NCBI GenBank assembly: GCA_021739985.1
Contig: JAIPAR010000002.1
Coordinates: 1 to 55,022, forward strand
DNA length: 55,022 nt
DNA from: Bacteroidales bacterium
GTDB taxonomy: Bacteria > Bacteroidota > Bacteroidia > Bacteroidales > M50B96
Direction of reading: 5' to 3'
In this document: one piece after another, positions 39,148 through 49,461 of the stretch
Position numbering within the stretch: the first letter of the stretch is position 1
Layout of the letters: each line of letters starts with the position of its first letter
Translations under genes and position numbers: made by a program
Notes under the pieces: generated by a model
Databases searched by the model: none
What the model was told of the DNA's origin: nothing
Seen by the model: the letters and a program-made list of their open reading frames with translations, nothing else

Positions 39148-40377
39148 TTATGCATTCAATTTCTTTTGCAGATTAATATCGAGTGCATCCAGGAATGCTT
39201 CGGTAGTTAAATAATGTTCGGGTTTCAAATCGGCTCCGTAAATGGTTAAAGCCAGGTCTTTGGTCATTTTACCTTCTTCAACAGTTTCAATACAAACATT
39301 TTCCAGCGCATGACAGAAATTGATTAACTCTTGATTATTATCTAGTTTTCCGCGGAATTCGAGTCCACGAGTCCATGCAAAAATAGAAGCAATAGGGTTT
39401 GTAGAGGTAGGCTTTCCTTGTTGGTGCATGCGGTAATGACGGGTTACTGTACCGTGAGCAGCTTCAGCTTCCATGGTTTTACCATCCGGGGTAACAAGCG
39501 TAGAAGTCATGAGGCCTAAAGAGCCAAAACCTTGAGCCAGGGTATCAGATTGAACGTCGCCATCATAATTTTTAGCTGCCCAAACAAAGGCGCCTTCCCA
39601 TTTTAAAGCAGCAGCAACCATATCATCAATTAAACGATGCTCATAGGTGATGCCTGCAGCCTCGAATTGTGCTTTGTAGTTTTCCTCATAAACTGCCTGA
39701 AAGATATCTTTGAAACGACCATCATATTTTTTAAGGATGGTGTTTTTAGTTGATAGGTATAATGGCCAATTTTTCATCAAAGCTTGATTGAAGCAGGAAT
39801 GTGCAAAGCCGGTAATGGATTCATCGGTATTATACATAGCCATAGCAACTCCATCCCCTTCAAAATTATAGACTTCAAATTGTTGTTTTTCACCTCCATC
39901 GGTCGGTTCAAAAGTAATTGTCAGTTTACCTTTACCTTTAGTCACAAAGTCAGTTGCACGATATTGGTCTCCAAAGGCATGACGTCCGATGCAAATTGGA
40001 TATTTCCAGCCGGGAACCAGTCTAGGTACATTTTGAATCATAATAGGTTCACGGAAAACGGTTCCGCCTAGAATATTACGAATAGTTCCGTTGGGTGATT
40101 TCCACATTTTCTTTAGGCCAAATTCTTCGACTCTTTGTTCATCTGGTGTAATGGTAGCACATTTAATACCAACGCCATACTTTTGAATCGCATGAGCTGA
40201 ATCAATAGTAATCTGATCATCAGTTTCATCCCTTTTTTCAATCCCCAGGTCATAATATTTAATATCGAGGTCGAGATAAGGAAAGATTAATTTGTCTTTG
40301 ATTGCTTGCCAGATGATTCTGGTCATTTCATCACCATCCAGTTCTACAACGGGATTAAGTACTTTGATTTTTTTCAT
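39148..40377 (-). CDS. icd: NADP-dependent isocitrate dehydrogenase (eukaryote-like type II)
   Basis: [47 protein letters not shown]. Confidence 0.97.
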   Translation of the reverse strand: MKKIKVLNPVVELDGDEMTRIIWQAIKDKLIFPYLDLDIKYYDLGIEKRDETDDQITIDSAHAIQKYGVGIKCATITPDEQRVEEFGLKKMWKSPNGTIRNILGGTVFREPIMIQNVPRLVPGWKYPICIGRHAFGDQYRATDFVTKGKGKLTITFEPTDGGEKQQFEVYNFEGDGVAMAMYNTDESITGFAHSCFNQALMKNWPLYLSTKNTILKKYDGRFKDIFQAVYEENYKAQFEAAGITYEHRLIDDMVAAALKWEGAFVWAAKNYDGDVQSDTLAQGFGSLGLMTSTLVTPDGKTMEAEAAHGTVTRHYRMHQQGKPTSTNPIASIFAWTRGLEFRGKLDNNQELINFCHALENVCIETVEEGKMTKDLALTIYGADLKPEHYLTTEAFLDALDINLQKKLNA

Positions 40378-40556
40378 TACACTGAATTTTGGAACGTACT
40401 ACAATATCAATTTAGTTAATTAGCAAGATGATACAAGGTTATAGCCTGATAATCATCCGGACAAATGAATACATCTATGTAGTGATATATCTTCATTTAT
40501 CAGGTTGTAAAAATAGACAGCTTGCCTTTATTTTCAAAAAGTTTCGGTATCAAAGT

Positions 40557-40916
40557 TTAGCTAAGAATCAAATGTTGTAATTCACTTTCCAATTCTTCAA
40601 TAATTATTGGAGCAATTGTATCGAATTCCTGCACCAGGGTTCTCATTTCATCGACATCGCCATTGGTATGAGCGAGCTTTTCGAGTTGATTCATTTTGAC
40701 AGAAAGCTCAACAAGGCCGACCAGTGGGAGTTTTTGTTTCGCCCAATAAGCTGATTCTGCGAGTTTATATCGGCTGCCATTGGAAAAATATTCGATTAAT
40801 TCAGTTCGGTACATTTTTACATTCAGGATAGACAGACGAAGCATTTCGGCAACAATTGTCATGTTTCCGGCTGCATGTTTGTAAAGGTAGTCGAGGTTGA
40901 TATATTGATAAGTCAT
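40557..40916 (-). CDS. Stand-alone Hpt-like protein lacking the phospho-acceptor His
   Basis: INLDYL..AGN..EML N-terminus; LAESAYWAK aligns by eye with the Hpt motif LxxxAHxxK; downstream VGL..L...LE pattern. Confidence 0.65.
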   Translation of the reverse strand: MTYQYINLDYLYKHAAGNMTIVAEMLRLSILNVKMYRTELIEYFSNGSRYKLAESAYWAKQKLPLVGLVELSVKMNQLEKLAHTNGDVDEMRTLVQEFDTIAPIIIEELESELQHLILS

Positions 40917-40943
40917 GATCTGGATAATTAGTGAAAGGGCAAA

Positions 40944-40979
40944 AATAAAAAAATCCCGTTGTAGCGGGATTTTTTTATT
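40944..40979 (-). terminator. Terminator after the POT transporter, overlapping a -7 element (TATTTTTG, 40940-40947) for the Hpt-like gene
   Basis: AATAAAAAAATCCCG-TTGTAG-CGGGATTTTTTTATT. Confidence 0.75.
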
Positions 40980-40994
40980 CGGATGAGGGAAGAA

Positions 40995-42800
40995 TTAGTT
41001 AGTGGCTTTTTCCAGACGTTTCATGATAGAGAAGATGAAAACAGCAGATACCAGACAAACAGTAATGAATATAGCCCATAATTGCCATAATTCGATTTTA
41101 CTCCAGAATGTACTACCAACGAATAGGAGTTTATTCCCAACTGCAGTGGCAAGCAGCCATCCACCTTGCATAAGACCCTGGAAGCGTTGAGGAGCTACCT
41201 TTGATACAAAGGATAGACCCATTGGGCTAAGGAAAAGCTCAGCAATGGTAAGTATCAGATACGAGCTAATCAGCCAGCTTGGCATAATCCGGGATGAATC
41301 CGGGACAGGTGCACCGTTAAGTTCATGAGGAGAAATCAGTCCAATAGAGCCGACTAAAACAACCAGAAATCCAATAGAAGCGATAATCATACCGATACCA
41401 ATTTTCCGTGGAGTTGAAGGTTCTTTTTTAATTTTATTCAACCAGGCAAAGGCACCCATTACCATTGGGGTAAGGAAAACGATGAACAAAGGATTGAATG
41501 ATTGGAATACTTCAGGAGCAATAGGATTGCTGGTTTTGAAGGTTGTAGTGAAATAATAAGTTAAAACACCACCTGCGATAACCATGGCAGCACCAATCAG
41601 TTTGCCGGATGTTTTTTGTTCTTTACCGAATAGGAGGAAGAAACCGCTTAAACCTGCAATAAAGGCCAGAATAGAAGGTAGTGTAAAGAAGATATTATAG
41701 AAAGGCCCAACTTCTTTGACAATATAATCGCGTGCAAAGAAGGTTAAGGTTAATCCATTTTGATGGAAAGACATCCAGAAGAAGATAACAACGAAGAAGA
41801 CCAGAATTAATGAAGTTACTTTTGGTTTTTCCTCTTTGGTAGAAGACATCATAATCCAGGTTACAAAGGCGCCGAATAATCCGAAAGCCATTCCCGTTGC
41901 GAGATCTTTAACAAAACTAATAGCGAAAGCAACAGCAGCACCAACGAGGAGAGCAACAATAGCCGGAGCTAATTTGGATTTCTTTTCTTCGTTAGGATCA
42001 ACTGCTTTTACAGCTTGTTTTTCTTTATTAGGAAGTAATTTTCCGAAGGCTAAATAAACCACTAATGAAATCACCATAGCAATAGCGGCGATACCGAAGG
42101 CAAAGTTATATCCTCTTGAGAATATATCGATGTATTGCTGGGCAAATGCAGAAAGGTCTGTGATAGGGCCATTGATACTGACAGCGTTAGCCAGTTCCTG
42201 AAATTTAGTCGTATCAACAACCTGAGTATTATTTGCTATATCATTGATGTATTGATGGCATTGTGCAGGTAAACTTCCATCGTGATGGAATCCGTTCTTT
42301 TCGAGCCACCAGTTACGAACGCCGGTAGCAGCAAAAGGAGCGAAGAACGCACCCACATTAATCCCCATGTAAAACAGCATAAACGCTGAATCCCGAAGAC
42401 TTGAATATTTCGGGTCGTCATATAGCTGACCAACAACAGCTTGCAAATTACCTTTGAACAATCCATTTCCAAATGCAATGGTAAACAAAGCAATCAAAGT
42501 TAAATTGAGCGTTAATCCCTCAATAAACAAAGCAGCATAACCGGCAAGCATAATGAGAATCCCAAAGAAGATTACCAGTTTATACTTTTTTGTGGTATCG
42601 GCTAAAATCCCTCCAATTAGGGCTAATGCATAAATGCCGAAATAAAACCAGCTATAATAGTCTCCTGCTTCGCCTTCGCTCAGGCCAAATTTTACTTGCA
42701 GGAACAAAACCAGAATAGCCATCATGGTGTAAAACCCGAAGCGTTCCCCCATATTAGCGAAAAACGCAACAAATAGTCCTTTTGGATGTCCTTTAAACAT
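40995..42800 (-). CDS. Proton-dependent oligopeptide transporter (POT/PTR, MFS)
   Basis: GHPKGL, ERFGFY, GNGLFKGN, FYMGINVGAF, FQSFNP, ELFLSPMG. Start moved to ATG 42800 because a -7 element (TATATTTG, 42836-42843) lies inside the longer ORF call. Confidence 0.93.
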   Translation of the reverse strand: MFKGHPKGLFVAFFANMGERFGFYTMMAILVLFLQVKFGLSEGEAGDYYSWFYFGIYALALIGGILADTTKKYKLVIFFGILIMLAGYAALFIEGLTLNLTLIALFTIAFGNGLFKGNLQAVVGQLYDDPKYSSLRDSAFMLFYMGINVGAFFAPFAATGVRNWWLEKNGFHHDGSLPAQCHQYINDIANNTQVVDTTKFQELANAVSINGPITDLSAFAQQYIDIFSRGYNFAFGIAAIAMVISLVVYLAFGKLLPNKEKQAVKAVDPNEEKKSKLAPAIVALLVGAAVAFAISFVKDLATGMAFGLFGAFVTWIMMSSTKEEKPKVTSLILVFFVVIFFWMSFHQNGLTLTFFARDYIVKEVGPFYNIFFTLPSILAFIAGLSGFFLLFGKEQKTSGKLIGAAMVIAGGVLTYYFTTTFKTSNPIAPEVFQSFNPLFIVFLTPMVMGAFAWLNKIKKEPSTPRKIGIGMIIASIGFLVVLVGSIGLISPHELNGAPVPDSSRIMPSWLISSYLILTIAELFLSPMGLSFVSKVAPQRFQGLMQGGWLLATAVGNKLLFVGSTFWSKIELWQLWAIFITVCLVSAVFIFSIMKRLEKATN

Positions 42801-43042
42801 GTTTATCAGTTTTAGTGTTAAATTGTTAAGCAGGACAAATATAAAAAGCTTTTTCAATTATCAAAGAGGCTTTTTCCGACCTTGAAAAATCTTCCGATAT
42901 GTTTTAAAAACTATAGCATATATCATGAATTTGGTATGGATTTTTTAATACTTTTCGCACCTTCTGCTTCGTTTGTTTAAAAATGCCTGAAATAGCAGGA
43001 AAGACAACGGGATAACTAAATTGAATTGAAAATATTGGGTAC

Positions 43043-44554
43043 ATGACAAAGATAGCCACCTCCGGACAGATAAGGGAAGCTGATGCTTTTACTATTGAAA
43101 ATGAGCCGATTGCATCGATTGATTTAATGCTTCGTGCTGCTGAACAGCTCCGAAACAGCATTATCAACCGGTATTCAAAGAATAGCTGTTTTCAACTTTT
43201 CTGTGGGCCGGGGAATAATGGAGGAGATGGTTTTGCTCTAGCCATTTTATTATTGGAATCGGGCTATCAGGTTGAAGTTTTTCATCCAAAAGCTGAGTTA
43301 TTATCCGATGACGCAGCCTGTTTTTTTCAAAGGCTGAAGCATACTTCAATCCCCTGTCTAGATTATTCCCGCAATGTGTTGGATATTTCTATTCATCCAG
43401 ACGCTATTTTGGTGGATGCCTTATTTGGTACAGGTTTGAGTCGTAAACTGGAAGGCGATTATGCCATTTTGGTAGATTTAATGAATCAATCAGGAAATTC
43501 CATCATTTCCGTAGATATACCTTCCGGGCTTTTTTGTGAAGATAATTCAGGGAATGATTTGGAATCTGTTATTCATGCCAGCCTGACTTTGAGTTTTCAA
43601 TTTCCAAAGCTTGCATTCTTTTTCCCTGAACATGCGGCTATCCTTGGAGACTGGGAAATTTTGCCGATTGGAATCCATCCTGAGTTTATAGAATCTATGG
43701 ACACGCAGTACCATCTACTAATTCCTGAATTTCTGCGAACACGATTACATAGTCGCAAAAGATTTGATCATAAAGGAATCTTTGGACATGGATTTTTGGT
43801 AGCCGGAAGCTATGGTAAAATGGGTGCTGCGATTTTGGCAGGAAAGGCATGCTTAAGGTCTGGTGTTGGTTTATTGACCATTCATGTTCCCCGGTTTGGG
43901 TATGATATTATTCAGAACACCCTTCCGGAAGCCATGGCCAGTATTGATAAATATGATAAACTTATTTCCAAGATTCCAGGTTGTGATGGATATACAGCTG
44001 TTGGTATTGGACCCGGTATCGGGAAATCCATGTACACGTATCAAGCCTTAAAAGATTTGTTTCAGCGAAGTACTTGTCCTTTAGTTATTGATGCGGATGC
44101 GATAAATTTATTAGCTGAGCATCAGGAATTACTCGATATCATGCCGCAGGGATGTGTATTAACTCCTCATTTTAAAGAGTTTGAACGCTTGGTAGGTCCA
44201 TCTGCCAATCATTATGTTCGAATTCAAAAGCAGATTGAGTTTGCAGAGAAGTATCAGGTGGTGGTTGTTTTGAAAGGAGCCCGTACTTCTATTGCAAGCC
44301 CCGATGGAAGCTGCTATTTCAACATAACAGGAAATCCCGGAATGGCTAAAGGTGGCAGTGGGGATGTTTTAACAGGGATTGTGCTTTCTTTTCTGGCTCA
44401 GGGCTATTCCGCACAGGATGCTGCTATGCTTGCTGTGTATCTTCATGGATTGGCAGGTGATTTTGGCAAAGCTGAGTATGGTGAAGAAGCTTTGCTTCCG
44501 GGAGATACCGTTAATATGCTTGGCAAAGCATTTAATACTTTAAAAGGGATTTAA
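43043..44554 (+). CDS. nnr: Bifunctional NAD(P)HX epimerase/dehydratase
   Basis: GPGNNGGDG, DALFGTG, DIPSG, TPHFKEF, GNPGMAKGGSGDVLTG. Confidence 0.95.
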   Translation: MTKIATSGQIREADAFTIENEPIASIDLMLRAAEQLRNSIINRYSKNSCFQLFCGPGNNGGDGFALAILLLESGYQVEVFHPKAELLSDDAACFFQRLKHTSIPCLDYSRNVLDISIHPDAILVDALFGTGLSRKLEGDYAILVDLMNQSGNSIISVDIPSGLFCEDNSGNDLESVIHASLTLSFQFPKLAFFFPEHAAILGDWEILPIGIHPEFIESMDTQYHLLIPEFLRTRLHSRKRFDHKGIFGHGFLVAGSYGKMGAAILAGKACLRSGVGLLTIHVPRFGYDIIQNTLPEAMASIDKYDKLISKIPGCDGYTAVGIGPGIGKSMYTYQALKDLFQRSTCPLVIDADAINLLAEHQELLDIMPQGCVLTPHFKEFERLVGPSANHYVRIQKQIEFAEKYQVVVVLKGARTSIASPDGSCYFNITGNPGMAKGGSGDVLTGIVLSFLAQGYSAQDAAMLAVYLHGLAGDFGKAEYGEEALLPGDTVNMLGKAFNTLKGI

Positions 44555-44718
44555 ATTTTGATATCCTTTGATTATCAATCCATTCGATTCCGTTTTATCC
44601 ATTTTTCAAGTAAGATGATTATTAGTTGAGTCGAAGTAGGTTGTAAGATATCTGGAATTTTGGCAGGTGATTTGGGCAGAAATGTTTAATATCGCCGGGT
44701 AGAATTAATTACTGGTTT

Positions 44719-45918
44719 ATGAAAAGATATTCTGTTATTGCTATCCTGCTTGCTATTGGGCTAACATCTTGTAATTCAGTCAGAATCATTCCGCTGGATG
44801 CCTATAAAGCTCATGAAGCCTATGATCATGCTGTTTTATATAACCTTCCGAAAAATCAATTTCATTTTGAGATTAAAGTAAATGAAAGGCAGTTGATTCC
44901 AGGCGAATTTTCAGCTTATAGCCAGGAGTTGCTTGGCATTCAGCCGGTAACGGAAAAGCAGGAGTCTTCATGGCGTATTGCGGATATTTCCATTGAAATG
45001 CAAGCAGTTCCTGATTCAACGCAGTATTATATGATTGATCAACCAGGTAGAACTTTCCTGGCTTATCCCCATTTCAGTCCTTCTGGCCTTCTTTTATCAT
45101 TTAATGCAGATGTTCCTCAGGCAGATGAAAATTTCATACGAAAAGGTAATATTGAGGGTGAACTGTCGATGGAGTTGCAGCAGTCAGGTGCTTTGATTAA
45201 TGCTACGGAAGAGCGTGTGGATACTACTTATAAGTATTTTGATACGGATACGGCTTCCTTTAGGGTACCTTTAATCCGCAAGAGCGTTGTTTCGAAATCA
45301 TCACGCGACCAGGCTCAGGATGTTGCCAAAATGTTGCTTGAATTGAGGGAAGAAAAATTTAATTTGTTAATGGGAGAAGAAAATGAATTCCCAGATGGCC
45401 GGGCATTTGAAGTTGCTTTTAACGAGTACGAACGAATCGAGAATCAATATTTGCCTTTATTTATGGGCAAAACCAGACAACAAAATTTCTTTTATCAGTT
45501 TAGTTTTCTTCCGGACACTCAGAGTGTTAAGGATGGCGTTGTGCTTGGTTATTTTAATGATAAAACCGGATTTTCCGGTGTGGGGACAAACCCGGCAGAT
45601 GCTGTTATACTTCGGTTTGAATTGATAAATTCCCCTGCTTTGTTTGACTCGCTTGCTGTGGCGATTGACTCTGCCGGATATAAAAATCCCGGACTTTACG
45701 TACGAAATCCTGCAACTTATCGATTGATTATCAGTCATAAAAATAAAGTACTCGCACAGGCTGTTTATCCAATTTCTCAACTTGGAAAAGTGTACCAATT
45801 TCCTGTTAAAGATGTTTTATGTGATAAAACATACATTGAATTTTATCCGGAGACAGGCGCAATTAAAAAAGTAAGTCGCTCTGAATCAAACTATAAAGAA
45901 CACAATCCTAAGTTTTAA
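44719..45918 (+). CDS. Bacteroidota lipoprotein, DUF4831-like
   Basis: Lipobox LTSC; YNLPK..PGEF..Y...LLG N-terminal pattern; C-terminal QLG..FYPETGAIK. Confidence 0.7.
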   Translation: MKRYSVIAILLAIGLTSCNSVRIIPLDAYKAHEAYDHAVLYNLPKNQFHFEIKVNERQLIPGEFSAYSQELLGIQPVTEKQESSWRIADISIEMQAVPDSTQYYMIDQPGRTFLAYPHFSPSGLLLSFNADVPQADENFIRKGNIEGELSMELQQSGALINATEERVDTTYKYFDTDTASFRVPLIRKSVVSKSSRDQAQDVAKMLLELREEKFNLLMGEENEFPDGRAFEVAFNEYERIENQYLPLFMGKTRQQNFFYQFSFLPDTQSVKDGVVLGYFNDKTGFSGVGTNPADAVILRFELINSPALFDSLAVAIDSAGYKNPGLYVRNPATYRLIISHKNKVLAQAVYPISQLGKVYQFPVKDVLCDKTYIEFYPETGAIKKVSRSESNYKEHNPKF

Positions 45919-46943
45919 GGTGTTGATTTTTGATAGGATGCTTTAAATTCATCCCATGTTTTTGATTGATAGGCATTACTGGCAAAGTAATGCAGAATCA
46001 GGTCGGTATCTGTTTTATTGATAAATCCTTTGACTTTATTGATAATCATAGTTTTTTCATCCATCATAAGCAAGGTAGGATAATACATCTCTCCATTCAG
46101 TAAGGCAATTGGAAGTTGATGCGGATAGTTGGGCATTTTAAGCTCATTCACAAAGGTCCTTCCGGATACTGTAACTGTATCAGTCCGTTCCGCAAGCATT
46201 TTTACGGCATAGTAATTTTGGTTGATATAATCGGTAATAGCCGAATCGGTAAGAATGGTGGCATTGTACAGCAGCGAGCTTACGATAGTGCCTGAGTAAA
46301 TGGAGACAATTATTTTGCGGGGTTCCTTTTGAACTTTTTCAATGGCATCTTCAAAGCTTATCCAGTTGATACGGTCAACTGGCAAAGCTTGTTGGTGATA
46401 CACCGATTCAAAGCTTTTATTGAAATCGTCATAAGGAGCCGATTTATTGACCTGTTCGGAGAAGTAAATAAGGATAGGTTCAATTTGCTCGGGCTTAAGG
46501 TATCCTGCGACCGGGTAGTTATTGAATTTTTCATCAATATAAACCAAGGTTGGGTAAGATAAGCGTCCGTTGAGCAACTCATTGGCTAATTCATGAGAGG
46601 AACGACGTCCGGTATTTGGATTTACATACTTTTTCCCCCGATACATGATAGTGTCAAATCCTTCGGCATTGAATTTTACAGGATAGAAGCGGGCATTGAT
46701 AAAACCAGCTATATTCGGGTCAGCGAAAGTAGTAGTATCCATCACTTTACACCATCCACACCAATCGGTATAAGCATCGAGCAAAATGGTGCGAGGCTCT
46801 TTTTCCTGTTTGATGAGGGCCTCTTCCAAGGTCATCCAATTAACAAGACTTTTTTTCGGAGTTTGCCCTAAAGCCGGAAACTGGAAAATCAATAGAAATA
46901 GAATGGCTGATGCCAGGAGTTTATGGAAGGATTTATTAGTCAT
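45915..46943 (-). CDS. Secreted protein with two thioredoxin-like (DUF255-type) domains
   Basis: Signal peptide ALG|Q; WCGWC and SYPT in domain 1; homologous domain 2 has no CxxC. Confidence 0.85.
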   Translation of the reverse strand: MTNKSFHKLLASAILFLLIFQFPALGQTPKKSLVNWMTLEEALIKQEKEPRTILLDAYTDWCGWCKVMDTTTFADPNIAGFINARFYPVKFNAEGFDTIMYRGKKYVNPNTGRRSSHELANELLNGRLSYPTLVYIDEKFNNYPVAGYLKPEQIEPILIYFSEQVNKSAPYDDFNKSFESVYHQQALPVDRINWISFEDAIEKVQKEPRKIIVSIYSGTIVSSLLYNATILTDSAITDYINQNYYAVKMLAERTDTVTVSGRTFVNELKMPNYPHQLPIALLNGEMYYPTLLMMDEKTMIINKVKGFINKTDTDLILHYFASNAYQSKTWDEFKASYQKSTP

Positions 46944-46951
46944 ATGCAGGA

Positions 46952-49147
46952 TTATCTGTTTTTAAATTCATTGATACCATGATCCAGAAATTGGATGAAT
47001 TCCTGGACATTCAGGTTATATCCCCGAGGTTTAACTAAAACTTGTTCATTCTTATCAAGCAAAACATAATAGGGTTGAGCATTCACGTTATAGCGGGTAA
47101 TTTGCATATCTGCATTTTTCTTGCCCAGTGTTTTCTTCAATTTTCCATCAAATGAAGATGTAATCCATTCTTCTTCCGGAAGTTGAATCTTTTTATCATC
47201 AACATACAAAGCCACAACTATAAATTCATTCTTGAGACGTTTCAGAACTTCCGGATCAGACCATACATTAGCTTCCATTTCCCTGCAATTTACACATCCA
47301 TGTCCGGTAAAATCGATAAAAAGAGGTTTGTTTTGGGCTTTGGCGCAAGCAAGAGCCTGATTATAATCGAAAAAACCTTTTAATCCATGAGGAAGGTGCA
47401 ATTGGTCGGCATAGTTGGGTGCCTCACAGGGAGCTGCATCTGAGGATTGATTAGCTGTTGAAACGTTTCCGGATTGGAGTTGGTCTTGAATAGAGAAAGA
47501 ACTTTCTATTATTTTATCATCAATATCAAAGTCATGTGTAGCAGCCGGGGGTAAATACCCTGAAAGTGCTTTTAAAGGCGCGCCAAACATGCCGGGAATC
47601 AGGTAAACGACAAAAGTAAAAGTGATGATTGCCAGTATCAGGCGAGGTACTTTAATATGAGGCAGTGGACTGTCATGTGCAAACTTCAGTTTACCAAGCA
47701 GATAGAGGCCCATCAATGTAAAAATAACTACCCAGAAAGCAATATAAATGTCACGGTCAAGTAATCCCCAATGGTAGGTTTGATCAGCTACACTTAAGAA
47801 TTTCAGACCTAAAGCCAATTCGATGAATCCCAGAACAACTTTCACAGAATTGAGCCAGCCGCCGGATTTCGGCAAGGAACTTAACCAACTTGGGAAGAAA
47901 GCGAAGAGGGTAAAAGGAAGAGCAAACGCTAAGGAGAAGCCAAACATACCTACTATCGGTTTCAGGATAGCGCCACCGGCTGATTCAACAAGGATTGCTC
48001 CAACGATTGGGCCTGTACAGGAAAATGAAACAAGTACAAGGGTGACAGCCATGAAGATAGCTCCCACGATGCCGCCTTTATCAGCTTTTGCATCGGATTT
48101 ATTAACCAGACTGCTTGGCAGAACAATTTCGAACATGCCGAGGAAAGATGCTGCAAAGAATAGGAAAATCAAGAAGAACAAGACATTCGGAATCCAGTGC
48201 GTGGATAGGAAATTAGCAAATTCGGGTCCGGCAACAACGGCCAGAATGGAACCAATAAAGGTGTAGATGGCAATAATCGAAAATCCATACACAATGGCTT
48301 GCACTTGACCTTTGGCCTTGTGTTCTTTATCTTTCATGAAGAAGGTAACCGTCATTGGAATCATCGGGAATACGCAAGGAGTAAGGATTGCAGCTAGTCC
48401 GGCCAGAAAAGAAATAAAGAAGAACCACCAGAGACTTTTCCCTTCGGTGCTATCGTCATCCATGTTTACCAGGGTAGGCGTGCCGGTTTTGCTTGTATCT
48501 GCTGCCACTGTTTGAGTTGCATGAAGGCTGTCAACGGAGCCGGCTGCAGAGACAGGGTTATTTCCCTGAGCAGGAACAGTTTCAGCGGATTCGCTTTTCA
48601 TTTCAGATACCTGGAAGCTTTTTACCTTGGGTTCTGTTTTGATTGGCTCAGTAGCTTTTTGGCCGGAGCCTCCATTCACAGAGATTGTTAAATCGTTGTT
48701 CCCCGGCACGCATCTTCCATCAATACATGCCTGATAATCAGCGTTTAAATCAATATTGAATCCTTTATCTTGAAGTATTTTTATCTTTTGTTTAAAGATT
48801 ACCGTCCCTTCAAAATACAAATTGGTGATTTTGAACACTTCGTCCCATTCCTCCTTTGGTTTAGGCTCGGTAACTTCTCCGATTCGCTCATAATTCTCTG
48901 ATGGTTGAAATTCAAAGATTAAAGGAAGCGGACCACCTTCCGGTGTTTTCTGGCTATACAGATGCCAATGCTCTTCAATGGTCGCAATTAATTGAATCTC
49001 AGCATTTGCCTTGTCTAGTTGTACCAGTTTTGATTTCCAGGTAACCGGAGTTTCAATTTGAGCGGAAAGACTGAGGTGGGAGAGAAGAACTATTCCCAAC
49101 AACGAGAGGAAGAATCTGATTGGTGAAAAAGTTTTTTTGGCCATCAT
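46952..49147 (-). CDS. dsbD: Thiol:disulfide interchange protein DsbD
   Basis: N-domain ACIDGRC; TM TPCVFPMIP and FSCTGP; LPKSGGW; C-terminal GCVNC. Confidence 0.93.
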   Translation of the reverse strand: MMAKKTFSPIRFFLSLLGIVLLSHLSLSAQIETPVTWKSKLVQLDKANAEIQLIATIEEHWHLYSQKTPEGGPLPLIFEFQPSENYERIGEVTEPKPKEEWDEVFKITNLYFEGTVIFKQKIKILQDKGFNIDLNADYQACIDGRCVPGNNDLTISVNGGSGQKATEPIKTEPKVKSFQVSEMKSESAETVPAQGNNPVSAAGSVDSLHATQTVAADTSKTGTPTLVNMDDDSTEGKSLWWFFFISFLAGLAAILTPCVFPMIPMTVTFFMKDKEHKAKGQVQAIVYGFSIIAIYTFIGSILAVVAGPEFANFLSTHWIPNVLFFLIFLFFAASFLGMFEIVLPSSLVNKSDAKADKGGIVGAIFMAVTLVLVSFSCTGPIVGAILVESAGGAILKPIVGMFGFSLAFALPFTLFAFFPSWLSSLPKSGGWLNSVKVVLGFIELALGLKFLSVADQTYHWGLLDRDIYIAFWVVIFTLMGLYLLGKLKFAHDSPLPHIKVPRLILAIITFTFVVYLIPGMFGAPLKALSGYLPPAATHDFDIDDKIIESSFSIQDQLQSGNVSTANQSSDAAPCEAPNYADQLHLPHGLKGFFDYNQALACAKAQNKPLFIDFTGHGCVNCREMEANVWSDPEVLKRLKNEFIVVALYVDDKKIQLPEEEWITSSFDGKLKKTLGKKNADMQITRYNVNAQPYYVLLDKNEQVLVKPRGYNLNVQEFIQFLDHGINEFKNR

Positions 49148-49265
49148 GTTATAGTTAAGTTATAGGTTCAAAAAAAGAACATAATGCGCTGTAAAAGAGA
49201 AAGTATAATTATATCTAGATATATAGATATAAGATATAACTCTACCTCATAATAAAAACGCAAGG

Positions 49266-49273
49266 CAAAAATA
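49266..49273 (-). promoter_or_regulatory. -7 promoter element for dsbD
   Basis: TATTTTTG(CC) on the minus strand, about 120 nt upstream of dsbD. Confidence 0.5.
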
Positions 49274-49461
49274 GAATAATTTGGATGCTAAAAAGAGATG
49301 GAATGGTCAGGAAATTCTAAAAGATACTTAAAATAAGTTTTTTTAACAGCCCAAGATGCCTGATTCTTAATATAACCAACCCGTAATATGAGGGTATTGA
49401 ATCAGGTAAGGATATTACTCTTAAGGTTTTAAATGATATCAGTGGATAAACTTACCAGGAA

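Noticed and set aside
13707-40504. 13-mer CCTGATAAATGAA at 13707-13719 and its reverse complement at 40492-40504
   Set aside because: A single AT-rich 13-mer match is plausible by chance, and the two contexts are unrelated.
42801-42857. N-terminal extension of the POT transporter in the ORF track
   Set aside because: Overlaps a TATATTTG promoter element; MFKGHPKG at 42800 is the family-typical start.
49200-49410. AT-rich palindromes (TATATCTA/TAGATATA; CCTGATTC/GAATCAGG) between dsbD and rng
   Set aside because: Short or low-complexity stems; cannot be told apart from chance or a weak rng terminator.
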